A DNA stretch of 64,000 nt, taken from Mobula hypostoma (Eukaryota). Position 1 is the first letter of the stretch, and each line of letters begins with the position of its first letter. Where the stretch lies: contig NC_086097.1 in the NCBI RefSeq assembly GCF_963921235.1, positions 23,252,001-23,316,000 of the forward strand. The letters run 5' to 3'. The notes under the pieces were generated by a model. That model was not told the origin of the DNA and searched no databases. It saw only the letters and a program-made list of their open reading frames with translations. Positions 12,251-24,404 of the stretch are shown piece by piece. The position numbers and the translations under genes were made by a program.

Positions 12251-14165
12251 GTGCCGCATTGTGGTTGTTGTGTACATCCCTCCCTCTGTCAACCCGACGT
12301 TGGCGTGTAACATCATTTACACCGTCATAGCCAGATTACAAACCCAGCACCCGAGTGCCCTCATTACCATCTCGGGTGAATTCAACCATGTTACCATGGC
12401 TAGAACATTGCCCAACTTCACGCAGTATGTGAGCTGTGCAACCAGAGGGGAGAGGACTCTGGATTTGATGTACGCTAACGTTAAGGATGCATACAGCTCC
12501 TCTCCCCTCCCCCCACTAGGAAGGTCAGATCACAACCTGGTGCATCTAAAACCCTGCTACGTGCCTCTGGTGAAGAGTAAACCTACAACCTCGAGGACAG
12601 TGAGAAAATGGTCGGAGGAGGCTTATGAGGCGCTCCAGGGTTGTTTTGAGGTGACAGACTGGCAGGCACTCTGTGAGCCACATGGAGAGGATATTGATGG
12701 GCTCACAGAGTGCATCACTGATTACATTAACTTCTGTGTGGACTGCAATGTTCCGACAAGAACTGTTCTTTGTTATTCAAATAATGAGCCATGGGTGACA
12801 AAGGACATTAAGGACATCCTGAACGCTAAAAAGAGGGTGTTTAGAGATGGAAGCAGGGAGGAGCTGAGGGCAATGCAGAGGGACCTGAAAGCCAGGATCA
12901 GGGAGGCTAAAGACTGGTACAGGAGGAAGCTTGAGCGGAAACTCCAGCAGAACAACATGAGAGAGGTTTGGAAGGGGCTGCCGTCGTCTACCTGCTGAAC
13001 CATGTCTACGCCCACCTGAACAAGCCAGCAAGCACTGTGAGGGTCATGTTTTTTGACTTCTCCAGTGCGTTCAACACCATCTGCCCTGCTCTGCTGGGGG
13101 AGAAGCTGACAGTGATGCAGGTGGATGCTTCCCTGGTATCATGGATTCTTGATTACCTGACTGGCAGACCACAGTACGTGTGCTTGCAACACTGTGTGTC
13201 AGACAGAGTGATCAGCAGCACTGGGGCTCCACAGAGGACTGTCTTGTCTCCCTTTCTCTTCACCAGTTACACCTCAGACTTCAACTACTGCACAGAGTCT
13301 TGTCATCTTCAGAAGTTTTCGGATGACTCTGCCATAGTTGGATGCATCAGCAAGGGAGATGAGGCTGAGTACAGGGCTACGGTAGGAAACTGTCACATGG
13401 TGTGAACAGAATTATCTGCAGCTTAATGTGAAAAAGAGTAAGGAGCTGGTGGTAGACCTGAGGAGAGCTAAGGTACCGGTGACCCCTGTTTCCATCCAGG
13501 GGGTCAGTGTGGACATGGTGGAGGATTACAAATACCTGGAGATACGAATTGACAGTAAACTGGACTGGTCAAAGGACACTAAGGCTGTCTACAAGAAGGG
13601 TCAGAACAGTCTCTATTTCCCGAGGAGATTGAGGTCCTTTAACATCTGCCGGACGATGCTGAGAATGTTCTACGAGTCTGTGGTGGCCAGTGCTATCATG
13701 TTTGTTGTTGTGTGCTGGGGCCGCAGGCTGAAGGTAGCAGACACCAACAGAATCAACGAACTCATTCGTAAGGACAGTGATGTTGTGGGGATGGAACTGG
13801 ACTCTCTGACGGTGGTGTCTGAAAAGAGGATGCTGTCTAAGTTGCATGCCATCTAGGACAATGTCTCCCATCTACTACATAATGTATTGGTTGGGCACAG
13901 GAGTACATTCAGCCAGAGGCTCATTCCACCGAGATGCAACACAGAGTGTCATAGGAAGTCATTCCTGCCCGTGGCCATCAAACTTTACAACTCCTCCCTT
14001 GGAGGGTCAGACATCCTGAGCCAATAGGCTGGTCCTGGACTTATTTCCTGGCATAATTTACATATTACTATTTAACTATTTCTGGTTTTATTACTATTTA
14101 TTATTTATGGTGCAACTGTAATGAAAACCAATTTCCCCCGGGATCAATAAAGTATGACTATGACT
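12251..14165 (+). mobile_element. Rex1/Babar LINE, young, 5'-truncated and internally deleted
   Basis: endonuclease VYIPP, SGEFNH, LGRSDHNL; RT FFDFSSAFNTI, LQKFSDDS; aataaag(tatgac)n tail; 7-bp TSD aggtttt (12244-12250, 14166-14172). Confidence 0.93.
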
Positions 14166-14864
14166 AGGTTTTCCTTCAAGATCTCCCTGTATTTTGCTGC
14201 ATTCACTTTACCATCTACTTTGACAAGGCTTCTAGGACCTGCCGCAGTGAAGCATCCCCACAGCATGATGCAGCCACCACCATGCTTCACAGTAGGGGCG
14301 GTGTGTTTTTGATGATGTGCGGTGTTTGGCTTACAGTGCTTAGTCTGTTGGCCAAAAACTCAATTTTGGTTTCATCAGACCATAGAATTTTCTTCCAGCT
14401 GACTTCCATTTCTTCCACATCTCTTCTGGTAGAATTTAGCTGAGACTTCATACATTTTTCCCCCACCAACAGTGGCTTTCTCTTTGCCCCTCTCCCATAA
14501 AGCGGTGACTGGTGAAGAACACAGGCAGCAGTTGTGTGTGCAGTCTCTCCCATCTCAGCCACTGAAGCTTGTAGCTCCTCCGGAGTTGTCATAGGTCTCT
14601 TGGTAGTCTCTCTCACTAGTCCCCTTCTTGCATGGTCACTCAGTTTTTGTGGACTAGGCAAATTTATAGCTGTGCCATATTCTTTCCATTTCTTGATGAT
14701 TGACTTAACTGTACTCCAAAGGATATTCAGTGAATTGGAAACTTTATTGTATCCATCTCCTGACTTGTGATTTTCAATAACTTTTCATGGAGTTGCTTGG
14801 AGTGTTCATTTGCCTTTATGGTGTAGATTTTGCCAGGATACTGATGCATCAGCAGTTGGACCTT

Positions 14865-16381
14865 TCCCTTCTTCTGACTTTTAATGGTGGTCGACCGTCC
14901 AACTTAAAGGTGCATTGCCACCACCAACTGCATTAGGGTGTGCTGTAGAGAGTTGGCAAATAAACCTCCTGCTAGTTCTTTATCAAATGAGAACTAAATT
15001 ACCCTGAAGAGCCCTATAGATTGTAAAGAGTGAGAAACAATGTTGTGAATTAAATTAAAATTGCTTCCATAACTTAGAAGATTTAAAAAATCAGTCAACC
15101 ACAAAGTTAGTAGTGCAGCCTGCATTTGCTTTCTTTCAACCTTATATGCTTCACATTGTAAAGGAATGTGTTCAACTGTTTTGTAATGATGGCAAAACGT
15201 ATACACCCCAGGGGGTTGCTTTCCAACAAGATACGAGGAATAATTAAGCATAGTATGCCCAATTCTAAGTCGTTAATATTCCTTCCTTTAATACAATTCC
15301 TTTCCCTTTGTCTTACCCCTTTATCTCTACAATGTATTCTGTAAAGGTACCTCCCCTCATACCCATTATCCTACAATATTTCCCATAATTGCCTAATTCT
15401 TAGCCAGACCAACTCCTTAGCTTCTGATTTGCTAAGTGGAAAGTCTATATCCACAGGTGAACTTTTAACAGCTTTTTGGCCCAACAGTCAATCCACTCAT
15501 TCCCCTCAACACCTCTATGTGCAGGAACCCATAAGAAGCAAACATGTAGACCAATACTTGGAATATGAAGTAAAGTTTGAAGGCTTTCCAGCAGTAAATC
15601 TGCTCTCCTGCTAGAAGGACCTGTTTTAAAATGAGTCAAAACCCAAAAAGAATCTGAGCAAATTATAACTTTGCAAGAATGGATTTTCAGCACCCACTGT
15701 AAGTCCAAAGTTATAGTACCCAGCTCTACAGTATACACTGATAAATGGGACATTTCTTTATTGTTACCTGTATTTTAGGTGCAAAAACAGCCACACCAAC
15801 ATTCCCTGTTAAATTATCTTTTGATCCATCAGTAAAAATGGTTAACATATCACAATAATTTTCCTTAATATATTGATGAACTAACAGACTCTTAGGAAAT
15901 CAGAACCCTTGGACTTCATTAAATCATACAACCCAAAATCAACAACAGTCATTGGAAAAATACCACAGTGGAGTTACCAAAAGAACTACAGTAGGACATA
16001 TTACATAATCCAGAAAACCCATATTCCGAGCTTGATAAGAACCCAGCTACCCAAAACCAACAATATTCTTCTTGTGATGATCCCAACACTCTTCCAACAC
16101 ACTTTTAACAGGGTGATCATTCCTCTGCCCTGCTCAAATTAATCCAGTATGCTAACATCAACTTCAACCTTCACAACTGTAAGGGTAATTGTCCCATTTC
16201 AACCAGTAAAGGCAAGACAGGGGATAACCTTACTGCACCTCAACATAATTTCAAAGCTTGTGCTGTATCACATCTAAACATTTTAAGTTTGAAAATGAAG
16301 CTGATCCATAAGCTACAGTCATAATCAAGTGCAGATCTAATTAAACAAATATAAATGGTCAACTGAGATTTTTATATAACA
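14865..16381 (-). mobile_element. I-group (Nimb-like) LINE 3' portion with RNase H and CCHC-like motif
   Basis: IFTDGSKD (15815-15839), IICSDS...WVPAHRGVEGNE (15445..15753), FCHHYKTVEHIPLQC (14994..15251); short GAA tail; 15-bp TSD cagcagttggacctt (14850-14864, 16382-16396). Confidence 0.9.
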
Positions 16382-17499
16382 CAGCAGTTGGACCTTCCAG
16401 AAACAGGTGTATTTTTTCTACAACCAATTGAAACTCCTTGACTGCACACAGGTGATCTCCATTTAACTAATTATTTGACTTCTTAAACCAATTGGCTGCA
16501 CCAGTGATGATTTGGTGTGTCATATTAAAGGGAGTGAAAACTTCTGCAATCACTTATTTTGTGCTTTATATTTACAATTGATTTAGATCACTTTGTAGAG
16601 ATCTGTTTTCACTTTGTTCACACACAAAATTTTTTTTTCCTGTTGATCAGTGTCAAAACAAGCCAGTTTAAATCCACTGTGATTCAATATTGTCAAACAA
16701 TAAAATGAAAACTTCCAAGAGGGGCAAATACTTTTTATAGGCATTGTACATTAACTCAGTAACACTACTTCACCCTAAAATGCCACTTCTAGCACCCACT
16801 GGTCATAATCGTCCTCCTTAAATCCATTACTAAAAGTCTATCACCAATTTCTGAAATATGCCCCCAATTTTGGACCTCCATCAATCAGAAGTTATGGATA
16901 GCTGGAGGTGAGAAAGTGCGGTTACCATGAAAATAAACAGCAAATCTGCAGTTCAAGTAGATTTGGAACCTCCGGACTTCTGACCAGTCATCAACTCCAC
17001 CGCCAAGCTGATATACATCACAAAGAGTCAATGCTTCAAAAATGAAGCTTCTCCAATGCTTCATATCCTGATGCAGCACTCAGCTCAAAATATGACTGAA
17101 AATGTTATCAAAAAGATAAGCAGTTACAAATTAAACTTAAATGTTGGCTCCCAAGGCTTATTTTTCTTTTCCTGTGGTTTTAAAGTACTAGAATGCAGTT
17201 AGCCATCTGTTAGAATACAGATAGCTCACTTGCATTGCAATTATTGTTAAGCAATTCAGACAAATAGAACTCTATTGCAGCTGAGACAAAAAAGAACTGC
17301 AATATCCAGATTTTATTAAGAAACAAGGATCATTTTACAGCAGAAGGGAACAGTGTGTTTCTCTAAAATATATTTGATCTACTTAGCAATGTGTTCAAAT
17401 AAAGAAACATTCTGTCTTCCTTGACCTTCATAAACATGCAGCAAATTCATGGCCTTGATTAGTGATATTGAACTAAATATCTTGGTAAAATAGCATGTC

Positions 17500-17655
17500 C
17501 TTCTTCCCTTCCCTACCTCCCTACTTATTCTCGCGTCATCCCCCTTGCTTTCCCGCTCTGTTGAAGGGTCTTGGCCTGAAGCATCAACTCTTTATTCCTG
17601 TCTCCATGAATGCTGCCTGGCCTGCTGAGTTCCTCCAGCAATTTAAGCATGTTGT
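17500..17655 (+). mobile_element. Penelope pLTR fragment
   Basis: tgaagggtcttggcctgaagcatc...gctgcctggcctgctgagttcctccagca matches the reverse complement of 63050-63140. Confidence 0.7.
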
Positions 17656-17787
17656 TTAGTACATGGTCTGAACTGAGCACGCGGAAACATGTCATCTGGT
17701 GATAACAGTGCTGTGGCCCAATTAATCACATCCAGTGATTAAATGAGTCATGTGGGGCGGTGTTGAAAGGAAATAATATAATTATCA

Positions 17788-18207
17788 TTTGATGTTGTGG
17801 TGTGCGCTGAGCTAAGAAATTAACTTGTAGACTTTTCTTCAGCAGTCGAGGTGACATCCGCAGTGCGCAGTTGTTGGTATTTCTCTCTGGGAGTGCTTGC
17901 ATTTATATAGGCTCCCATTTTTTTTGCCTTGTTTTTGATTGGCTACCCCTTTGGTTGAACTTTGAATTCTATTGGCTCACATTTCTTTGGATGTTAAGGG
18001 TTCATACATGGTGTCTATTTTGATCAGGACTGAGGCAAGCGAACAGGGACCCATATAAGCGCAAGCACTCCCAGAGAGAAACACCCAACAACTGCTCACT
18101 GAGGATGTCATCTTTACTGGTGAAACATCTTCAAACTAATTGCCAAGCTCGCCGAACACCGCAGCATCAAACACCTCAACCCGAGCTATGAATATTCACT
18201 GCCATCC
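17788..18207. mobile_element. Inverted pair of Penelope-like terminal repeats (second family)
   Basis: about 130-bp inverted repeat 17788-17919 / 18041-18171, each arm with a CTGAGGA...GAAAC-like motif. Confidence 0.65.
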
Positions 18208-18821
18208 TAAATAATTATAATTATATAATTATTATAATTACATTCTTTAATTGTTCAACTCAGTGACAAAGGTACCCCCCAACCAGCTTTTTTTTTGAAT
18301 GGACATCAAAATGTTTTAAATTCAGATTGGTCTGTGGCTTGGAGATGAAGCAGTACGGTTCCTATGACCGCTGCTGTTTTTAAGTGATACATGACATGAA
18401 ATTGGAAGGTTCTGTCAGATATAATCTAATTTACTTATCAAAGAAACCATGGCAAGTTGATGCTTATCATTTTGTATGTGACAAACAAAGCAGGCACAAT
18501 GTATCAGTGGTCGATGATGTGAACGCTGAGGGAGGTGGATGAGGTGCACTACTTTGTTGTAGATGGTGTTGATCTCTCGAGTGTTGTTGAAGTGGCATTC
18601 ATCCAGGCAGGTGGAGATTTTACACTAAACTGCAGACCAGAATCAATGTGATATTACTCATTTTTCGACTTTTAACTTATCGATACTACTTCATAAGTTA
18701 CACTTGCTCTTCCTTTCCCGTTCCATACACAGATCCCAAACTGCAACAGCGGTGGACTCTCAGATCTGCAAAAATTCAATGGAGCGGTCATCAGGTTTAA
18801 AAATTAAAAACCCCTGGAAAC

Positions 18822-19218
18822 CCATCTGGCAGATGGAATTCAATCCAGAAAAGTGTGAAGTGATTCACTTTGGAAGGTTGAATTTGAAGGCAGAGTACAG
18901 GGTTAATGACAGGATTCTTAGCAGTGTGGAGGAGCAGAGGGATCTTGGGGCTCATGTCCATAGATCCCTCAAAGTTTCCATGCAAGTTGATAGGATTTTT
19001 CAAGAAGGCAAATACAATGTTGGCCTTCATTCGTTGGAGGACTGAGTTCAAGAGTCACGAGATAATGTTGTAGCTCTATAAAACTATAGTTAGACCACAC
19101 TTGGAGTTTGTGTTCAGTTCTGGTAGCCTCATTATAGGAAGTACGTGAAATCTTTACAGAGGGTGCAGAGGAGATTTACCAAGATATTGCTCGGATTGCA
19201 GAACGTATCCTATGAGGA
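18822..19218 (+). mobile_element. CR1 RT C-terminal fragment
   Basis: WQMEFNPEKCEVIHFG...EEQRDLG. Confidence 0.9.
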
Positions 19219-19219
19219 T

Positions 19220-19400
19220 CGGCAGAAAGGGAAGGGGAGGAAAGAGAGAGAGAGATGATGAAGTGGTGGGAGATTGGGGAGGGAGAGGATGGAAGGGAGA
19301 GGGAGTGAGTGAGAAGGAAGAACAGAAGGAGGGAGAGGGAGAGAGACAGAGAGCGCATGAGATAAAGAGAGAAAGACAGACAGGCAGAGAGCCAGACACA
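19220..19400 (+). repeat. GA-rich low-complexity tract
   Basis: purine-rich irregular GA/GGA repeat. Confidence 0.85.
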
Positions 19401-19705
19401 CATACAGTACATCGAAACATACAGTAAAATGTGTAATTTGTGTCAAATCAAATCAGCGAGCAATGAGCCAGGCAGCCTGCAAGAGTCGTCATGTTTCCAG
19501 TGTCAGTACGGCATGCCCACAACTTAGTAGACTTAACCATAAACCTTTGGAATGTAGGAGAAAACTGGAGAACCCACAGCAAACCTACATAATCACCGGG
19601 AGACCATACAAACTCCTTGCAAACAGAGGCAGGAATTGACTCCTGACCCCAGTCTTATAATTGACATTGTAAAGCATTGTACTGACTGAAATACTATCAT
19701 TCCCC
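19400..19705 (-). mobile_element. V-SINE with Rex1-like tail
   Basis: core at 19546-19620; tail matches 20940-21003. Confidence 0.7.
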
Positions 19706-20699
19706 ACTAAGAAGAAAACAAAGAGAAGATTTCATTAAGGTCTTCAAAACAGCGAAAGATTTGGTAGATAAAAAAGGAGCGTCTGTTCGTTGCAACAGAA
19801 TGCTTGGTTATCAGAAAATGTGATTTAAAGAGCTTGGCAAAAGGAGCAACAAAAGAAAAAGAAATACATGTGCGGTGTTGTTATAATGGGACTGTGTGAC
19901 GTAGCAATTTCAATAATAATATTCAGGAGAAAATAGGTTAACTACTTGAAGGGTAAAGAGCAGAGTAGCAGTGATTGGGTAACTCCTTAATAAGACTAGT
20001 GTGGATATAACAAAGCAAAAATTCTCCTTCTGCACTGGATCAGTCCAAAAATTCTGTGATCCAATCTGCACCACTGTACTTCACACTCTCTGCACACCCC
20101 TGCCCATCCGTACATTCAAAATATGCTGAGAAATTTACAGTCTAAATGCTACATATCCAGTAGTCAAAGGTTCAAACCTAATTAAGCAAGTTTGTTCCCT
20201 GACAGATTATGAGGGCTTTTTTAATTTATTCAGTAAACCACAGTTTAAGAAATCAACTCCTAATTGACAATGCAACATTGCATACTGATGTTTTCCTTAT
20301 ACAAAATGGGTCTTCATGTTGAAATAATTGCAGGAGGCTTTTTCAATAGAATTATCTTTGAGAGCATACATGTAGTTCATTACAGTGAGGGCTCTGCTCT
20401 AGCAGAAGTATTTAATGTTGATATCACTGCAGACAACAACGTGGCATACATTGCAGATTATTATGATGTAATTGAATGAAGATGCCACAGATATGTGTAG
20501 AAGGTTGAGTACATTGATGCATCACAACCCTCATACTTTGCACAAAGATATGCAAAACCTCATTTGAAGCTATTTGAAATTTTAAGAACATTTGATCCAG
20601 AGTTTTGAACATTGTACAGGGTATCACTGGGGATGCGAGAAATGAATCTCTCCCACACAATTAGGGAAACATTTTATGGCTCATTAAATCTGATTACAA

Positions 20700-21003
20700 T
20701 AGCATAACGTCTAGCATAATATTTTACAGTGCCAGCAATCACTGATCAGGGTTCAATTCCTTCTGCTGTCATGTGTGTTTCCTCCAGGTTCTCTGATTTC
20801 CTCCCACATTCCAAAGACCTAAGGTTAGGGCTAGGGTTCATCAGTTGTGGGCATGCTATCTACGTTGGCACTAGAAGTGTGGTGACACCTGTGGTCTGCC
20901 CCCAGCATATCCTTGGGTGGTTTTAAACATTGACCGAAACGATGCATTTCACCATATGTTTTGATGTTTCGATGTACATGTCACAAATAAAACTAATCTC
21001 TTT
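20700..21003 (+). mobile_element. V-SINE with Rex1-like tail
   Basis: B-box-like ggttcaattcc; ctcccacattccaaagac core; gtacatgtcacaaataaaactaatct end. Confidence 0.75.
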
Positions 21004-21584
21004 ACTGCCTGTACCGTGGTAGAAGGCTGTGGTAGAAGAGGGGAGAGAAAGAAGAGAGGAGAGAGAGAAGAGGTGGAAGAAACCTTTGCTTTATACCATT
21101 GGGATCTTAATTGTTTGGAAAGCACTTGGAGCATTTTGTGTGCTTTCAGTTCTTCAGGAATCTACATCTGGTTCACAGGCTTGGATCTCAAAGAAAATCT
21201 TGCTTACTGTTCTGAAAGGAGTAACTTTCTCCTCCTCATTAGGATAACAGTCTCCAGAGAGGCCTAGAGAGGCACCATTTTGTACTATGCACATCCTCCA
21301 CATTTAAACCCAAGTATTGGTTCTCCATATAGGACTGAGTGTAAAATTGACAGCAAATGTGAGATTTAATACGCTGGGAAAAGCATCCTCTGTAAACTTC
21401 AATATCTGTGTCTTTTAGGTTAATTCTCAATTAACCTGATAGAGATCGATATTGAAAAATTTGAGTAGTATCAGTGTAGCAAAACTTAATCTGTAGACTC
21501 ATCAGATCAGTTCAGCACTTCCGGGCCAAAGTTTTCTTTGACTTTAAAGTTTAATCTAGAATGATAAAATTCTTCAAACATTCT

Positions 21585-21875
21585 TCAAGATTCAAGATTG
21601 TTAATGCCGTTGTTCAGTACACCAGTGTAAAGGAGAATGAAATGATTGTCACTCTGGATCTGATGCAGCACAAAAAACAATAAGCATAAAGAACACAATA
21701 AAGAAACAAAAGAAACCACAATAATTATAAACATAAAAGCAACCCTATAAAATAAAATGACCAAGTAACTGTTTTGCACATAGGTTAATTGTATGTACAT
21801 AAATGATGCTAAGTGATATGTATGTGGGTTAATGATGGTGGTGTTGACTAGCCTTTCGTCTTGGAGGAAGTAACT
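21585..21875 (-). mobile_element. Rex1-type 3' tail with (tcttgaa)n terminus
   Basis: reverse complement similar to 38860-38980. Confidence 0.65.
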
Positions 21876-22494
21876 TTATCAACAATGTGAAACTGGCATA
21901 TTCTGTAGATGGCAGATTTTCCTCCATCTTTGCTGTAGGTTTTAAAAACCAGATGGCCATTTATGTGGGCTTCTTGTAAGATTGAGTGTGAATATAGGAG
22001 AGGGAGTAAAAATTGAAAAAAAAAATCCTTTAATTGACGGTCATCTTTTCATCATCAGGGTCCATTTCTCATAGATTTATATTAATGCTGAGAAACTTCT
22101 TGAAATAGGTCTTGCAAACTACTATACCTAATTGTACCACATTTATGACTGAAGCTTGACATAGTCTGTAACTGCTACTTTCAGTCTTCTTGCAATCTTC
22201 TGATTGTTTAATTTATTGTGTTGGACTAACTTTATATGTGAATGCAAGTCTTCGTTCTTTTTGGACAGTAGGCAGTTTAAGTGGTTTGGCAGGGACTAGA
22301 TGGGCTGAAGGGTCTGCTTCTGTGCTGTACATTTTTATGACTCTAGTTCCTTAATGAAGAATATTGCTCTTGCATTCCAGTTCCATGGGTTCCCAGGTGT
22401 CTGATTACACCAGTGTGACAAACACAGTCTGTCATGGCTGGAGCTGGAGGTACTTGACAGAGAGGACCATTAGGTAGTTTGAAACTGGAGCTGG

Positions 22495-22850
22495 TTTTCT
22501 TCTTGCCACAAGTGCCAAGATACAGTGAAAAGCTTGTCTTGCACACTGTTCATACAGATCACATCAGTACACAGTGTGTTCAAGTGGTGCAAGGTAAATC
22601 AAAAACAATGCAGAATAAAGTGGACCAGCTAGAGAGAAAGTGCAGTGCCGGTAAATAATAAGATGCAAGTTCATAACAAGGTAGATCGTGAAGTCAGGAG
22701 TCCATCTTAGCCTACTAGAGAACTATTTAGTAGTCTGATAACAGCAGGGTAGATGCTGTCTTTGAGCCTGATGCTACGTGCTTTCAAGATTTTGTATCTT
22801 CTACTCAATTAGAGAGGGGAGAAGAGAGAATGTCCGTGTTGGGTGGATCA
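22495..22850 (-). mobile_element. Rex1-type 3' fragment
   Basis: similar to 11270-11560. Confidence 0.65.
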
Positions 22851-23000
22851 TAGAAAGAAAGAACATACACACTCCTTACAGACAGAGCTGGAATCCCACC
22901 CCATCGGTGGTCACTGGTAATGTAAACCAATAGCGTTAACCTCTCCGCTACCGTGCAGTCCTTAATTATTTATTTCTGCAGAGCGTATTATGACATATTG

Positions 23001-23273
23001 AGGCACGGTAGCATAGTGGTTAGCATGCTTTACAGTACAAGGAACCTGGGTTCAATTCCTGCCACTGCCTGTAAGGAATTTGTATGTTGTCCCCCAGACT
23101 GCGTGGTTTTCCCCCCATATGCTCCGGTTTCCTACCACAGTCCATAGATTTAGGTTAATTAATTGTTGTAAATTGTCCCATGATTAGGCTAGGACTAAAT
23201 CGTGGGTTGCTAGGCAGCGTGGCTCGAAAGGCCAGAAGGGCCGATTCCACGCTGTGTCGCAATAAAATAAAAA
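23001..23273 (+). mobile_element. V-SINE (HE1-like) with CR1-like tail
   Basis: A box tagcatagtgg, B box ggttcaattcc, V core, gccagaagggccgattccacgctgt tail, aataaa repeats; an oppositely oriented SINE head lies at 22860-22955. Confidence 0.8.
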
Positions 23274-24111
23274 ATATTTATTTTAATGGTGGTATGTGAT
23301 TCAATTATTGTTTTTTTTTGCTCCTGGAGTTTGAAAATTCAAATGGAAGGTCTTTGTATGATATCACAATAGAGAGGAAAAAAGCCACAAAGAGAATTTT
23401 AATTACGAGCTACTTTTATTTACAACTGGAAACACATGGATCTCTATCTGGTATTTCACAATCCCTGGCTGATCCAAAGCACCTTTCAGCAATGAAAGCC
23501 TTTTGAGTTTTAAATGTGGTTATCCTACAAGTAATGTGGCATCCAACTTCACACAACAAGCTCCCACCAAAAAACACAATAAAATGTGCAAATAATCCAT
23601 TCTAGAGATATTGATTGAGAGAAGGAGACATATTTATACAACAAATTGTTGTGAATATTTGCCTAGAACAATACGTATCTTTACGGAAAAGTCACAGCCT
23701 TGTTTTATTTTTGGAGGAGTGGATAAATTGAAGTTTGGAAGTGATTTTAGATGGTTGATTATATGTTACGATGCATTACAACTGATTAATGCAATGGCTT
23801 GTTTTTAACTGACATGTGCTGACAAACATAACCCATACTTATCATCACTAAATAACAATGTACAGGATGCAACTGGACTGTATAATGACACAGAAAAGAG
23901 GAAAAAAAGCCAATTAAAACCTATTTTAGTGATGGGAATTGGTGGGAGAACTGACTTGACGTGTCACATGCAGATAGTGGTGGGAGGGAGAGAGAATGAG
24001 TTGTACACTGGGCGAGGAACATTCTTCATTAACCTCTGAGACCTGGTTGTGAGTCAATGTAAGGGTCATGGGGTGAGAGCTGTGAAAGCCAAAAGGAAAA
24101 GAGCTCAGAAA

Positions 24112-24396
24112 CGGAATCAGAATCAGGTTTAAAGTCACTGACATATGTTGTGAAATATTTTGTTTTGTGGCAGTGGTACGGCACAATACTACAAAGTACT
24201 ATAAATTACAATAAGAAATATATATACTGTATACTCTATATACTGTATATATAAAATTAACTTAAATACTTACTGCAGAAAGAGAACACAAATAGTGAGG
24301 TTGTGTTCATTGTCCATACAGATGATTGAAGGGAAGAAGCAGTTCCTAAACCATTGAGTATATATCTTCAGGCTCTTTTACCTCTCCTCTGATGGA
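24112..24396 (-). mobile_element. Rex1-type 3' fragment with (gattct)n terminus
   Basis: similar to 37450-38260. Confidence 0.7.
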
Positions 24397-24404
24397 AAGT
24401 AATT

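Larger units (their letters stand above)
11687..16746 (-). mobile_element. Full-length Tc1-family DNA transposon (dead), interrupted by two LINEs
   Basis: TA-flanked cagtgcctat... and ...ataggcattg ends with about 210-bp inverted repeats; transposase WKKILWSDETKIE (14287..14661), VKHGGGCIMLWGCF (14170-14290), QQDNDPKH...[14 protein letters not shown] (12080-12243). Confidence 0.95.

Noticed and set aside
12054..12998. 314-aa ORF as a gene
   Set aside because: Chance read-through from antisense Tc1 sequence into the Rex1 endonuclease at 12251.
16980..17085. L2-like remnant (VINSTAKLIY...SPMLHIL)
   Set aside because: Resemblance is too short and weak to call.
19154..19446. Overlapping ORFs
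   Set aside because: Artefacts of the stop-poor GA-rich tract.
21016..21267. Short ORFs in unique DNA (also 52444-52677 and 58760-58996)
   Set aside because: No recognisable homology or splice structure; lengths are expected by chance.
21902..21916. Second CTCF-like motif tctgtagatggcag
   Set aside because: Mismatch at the conserved 5' C positions; likely chance.
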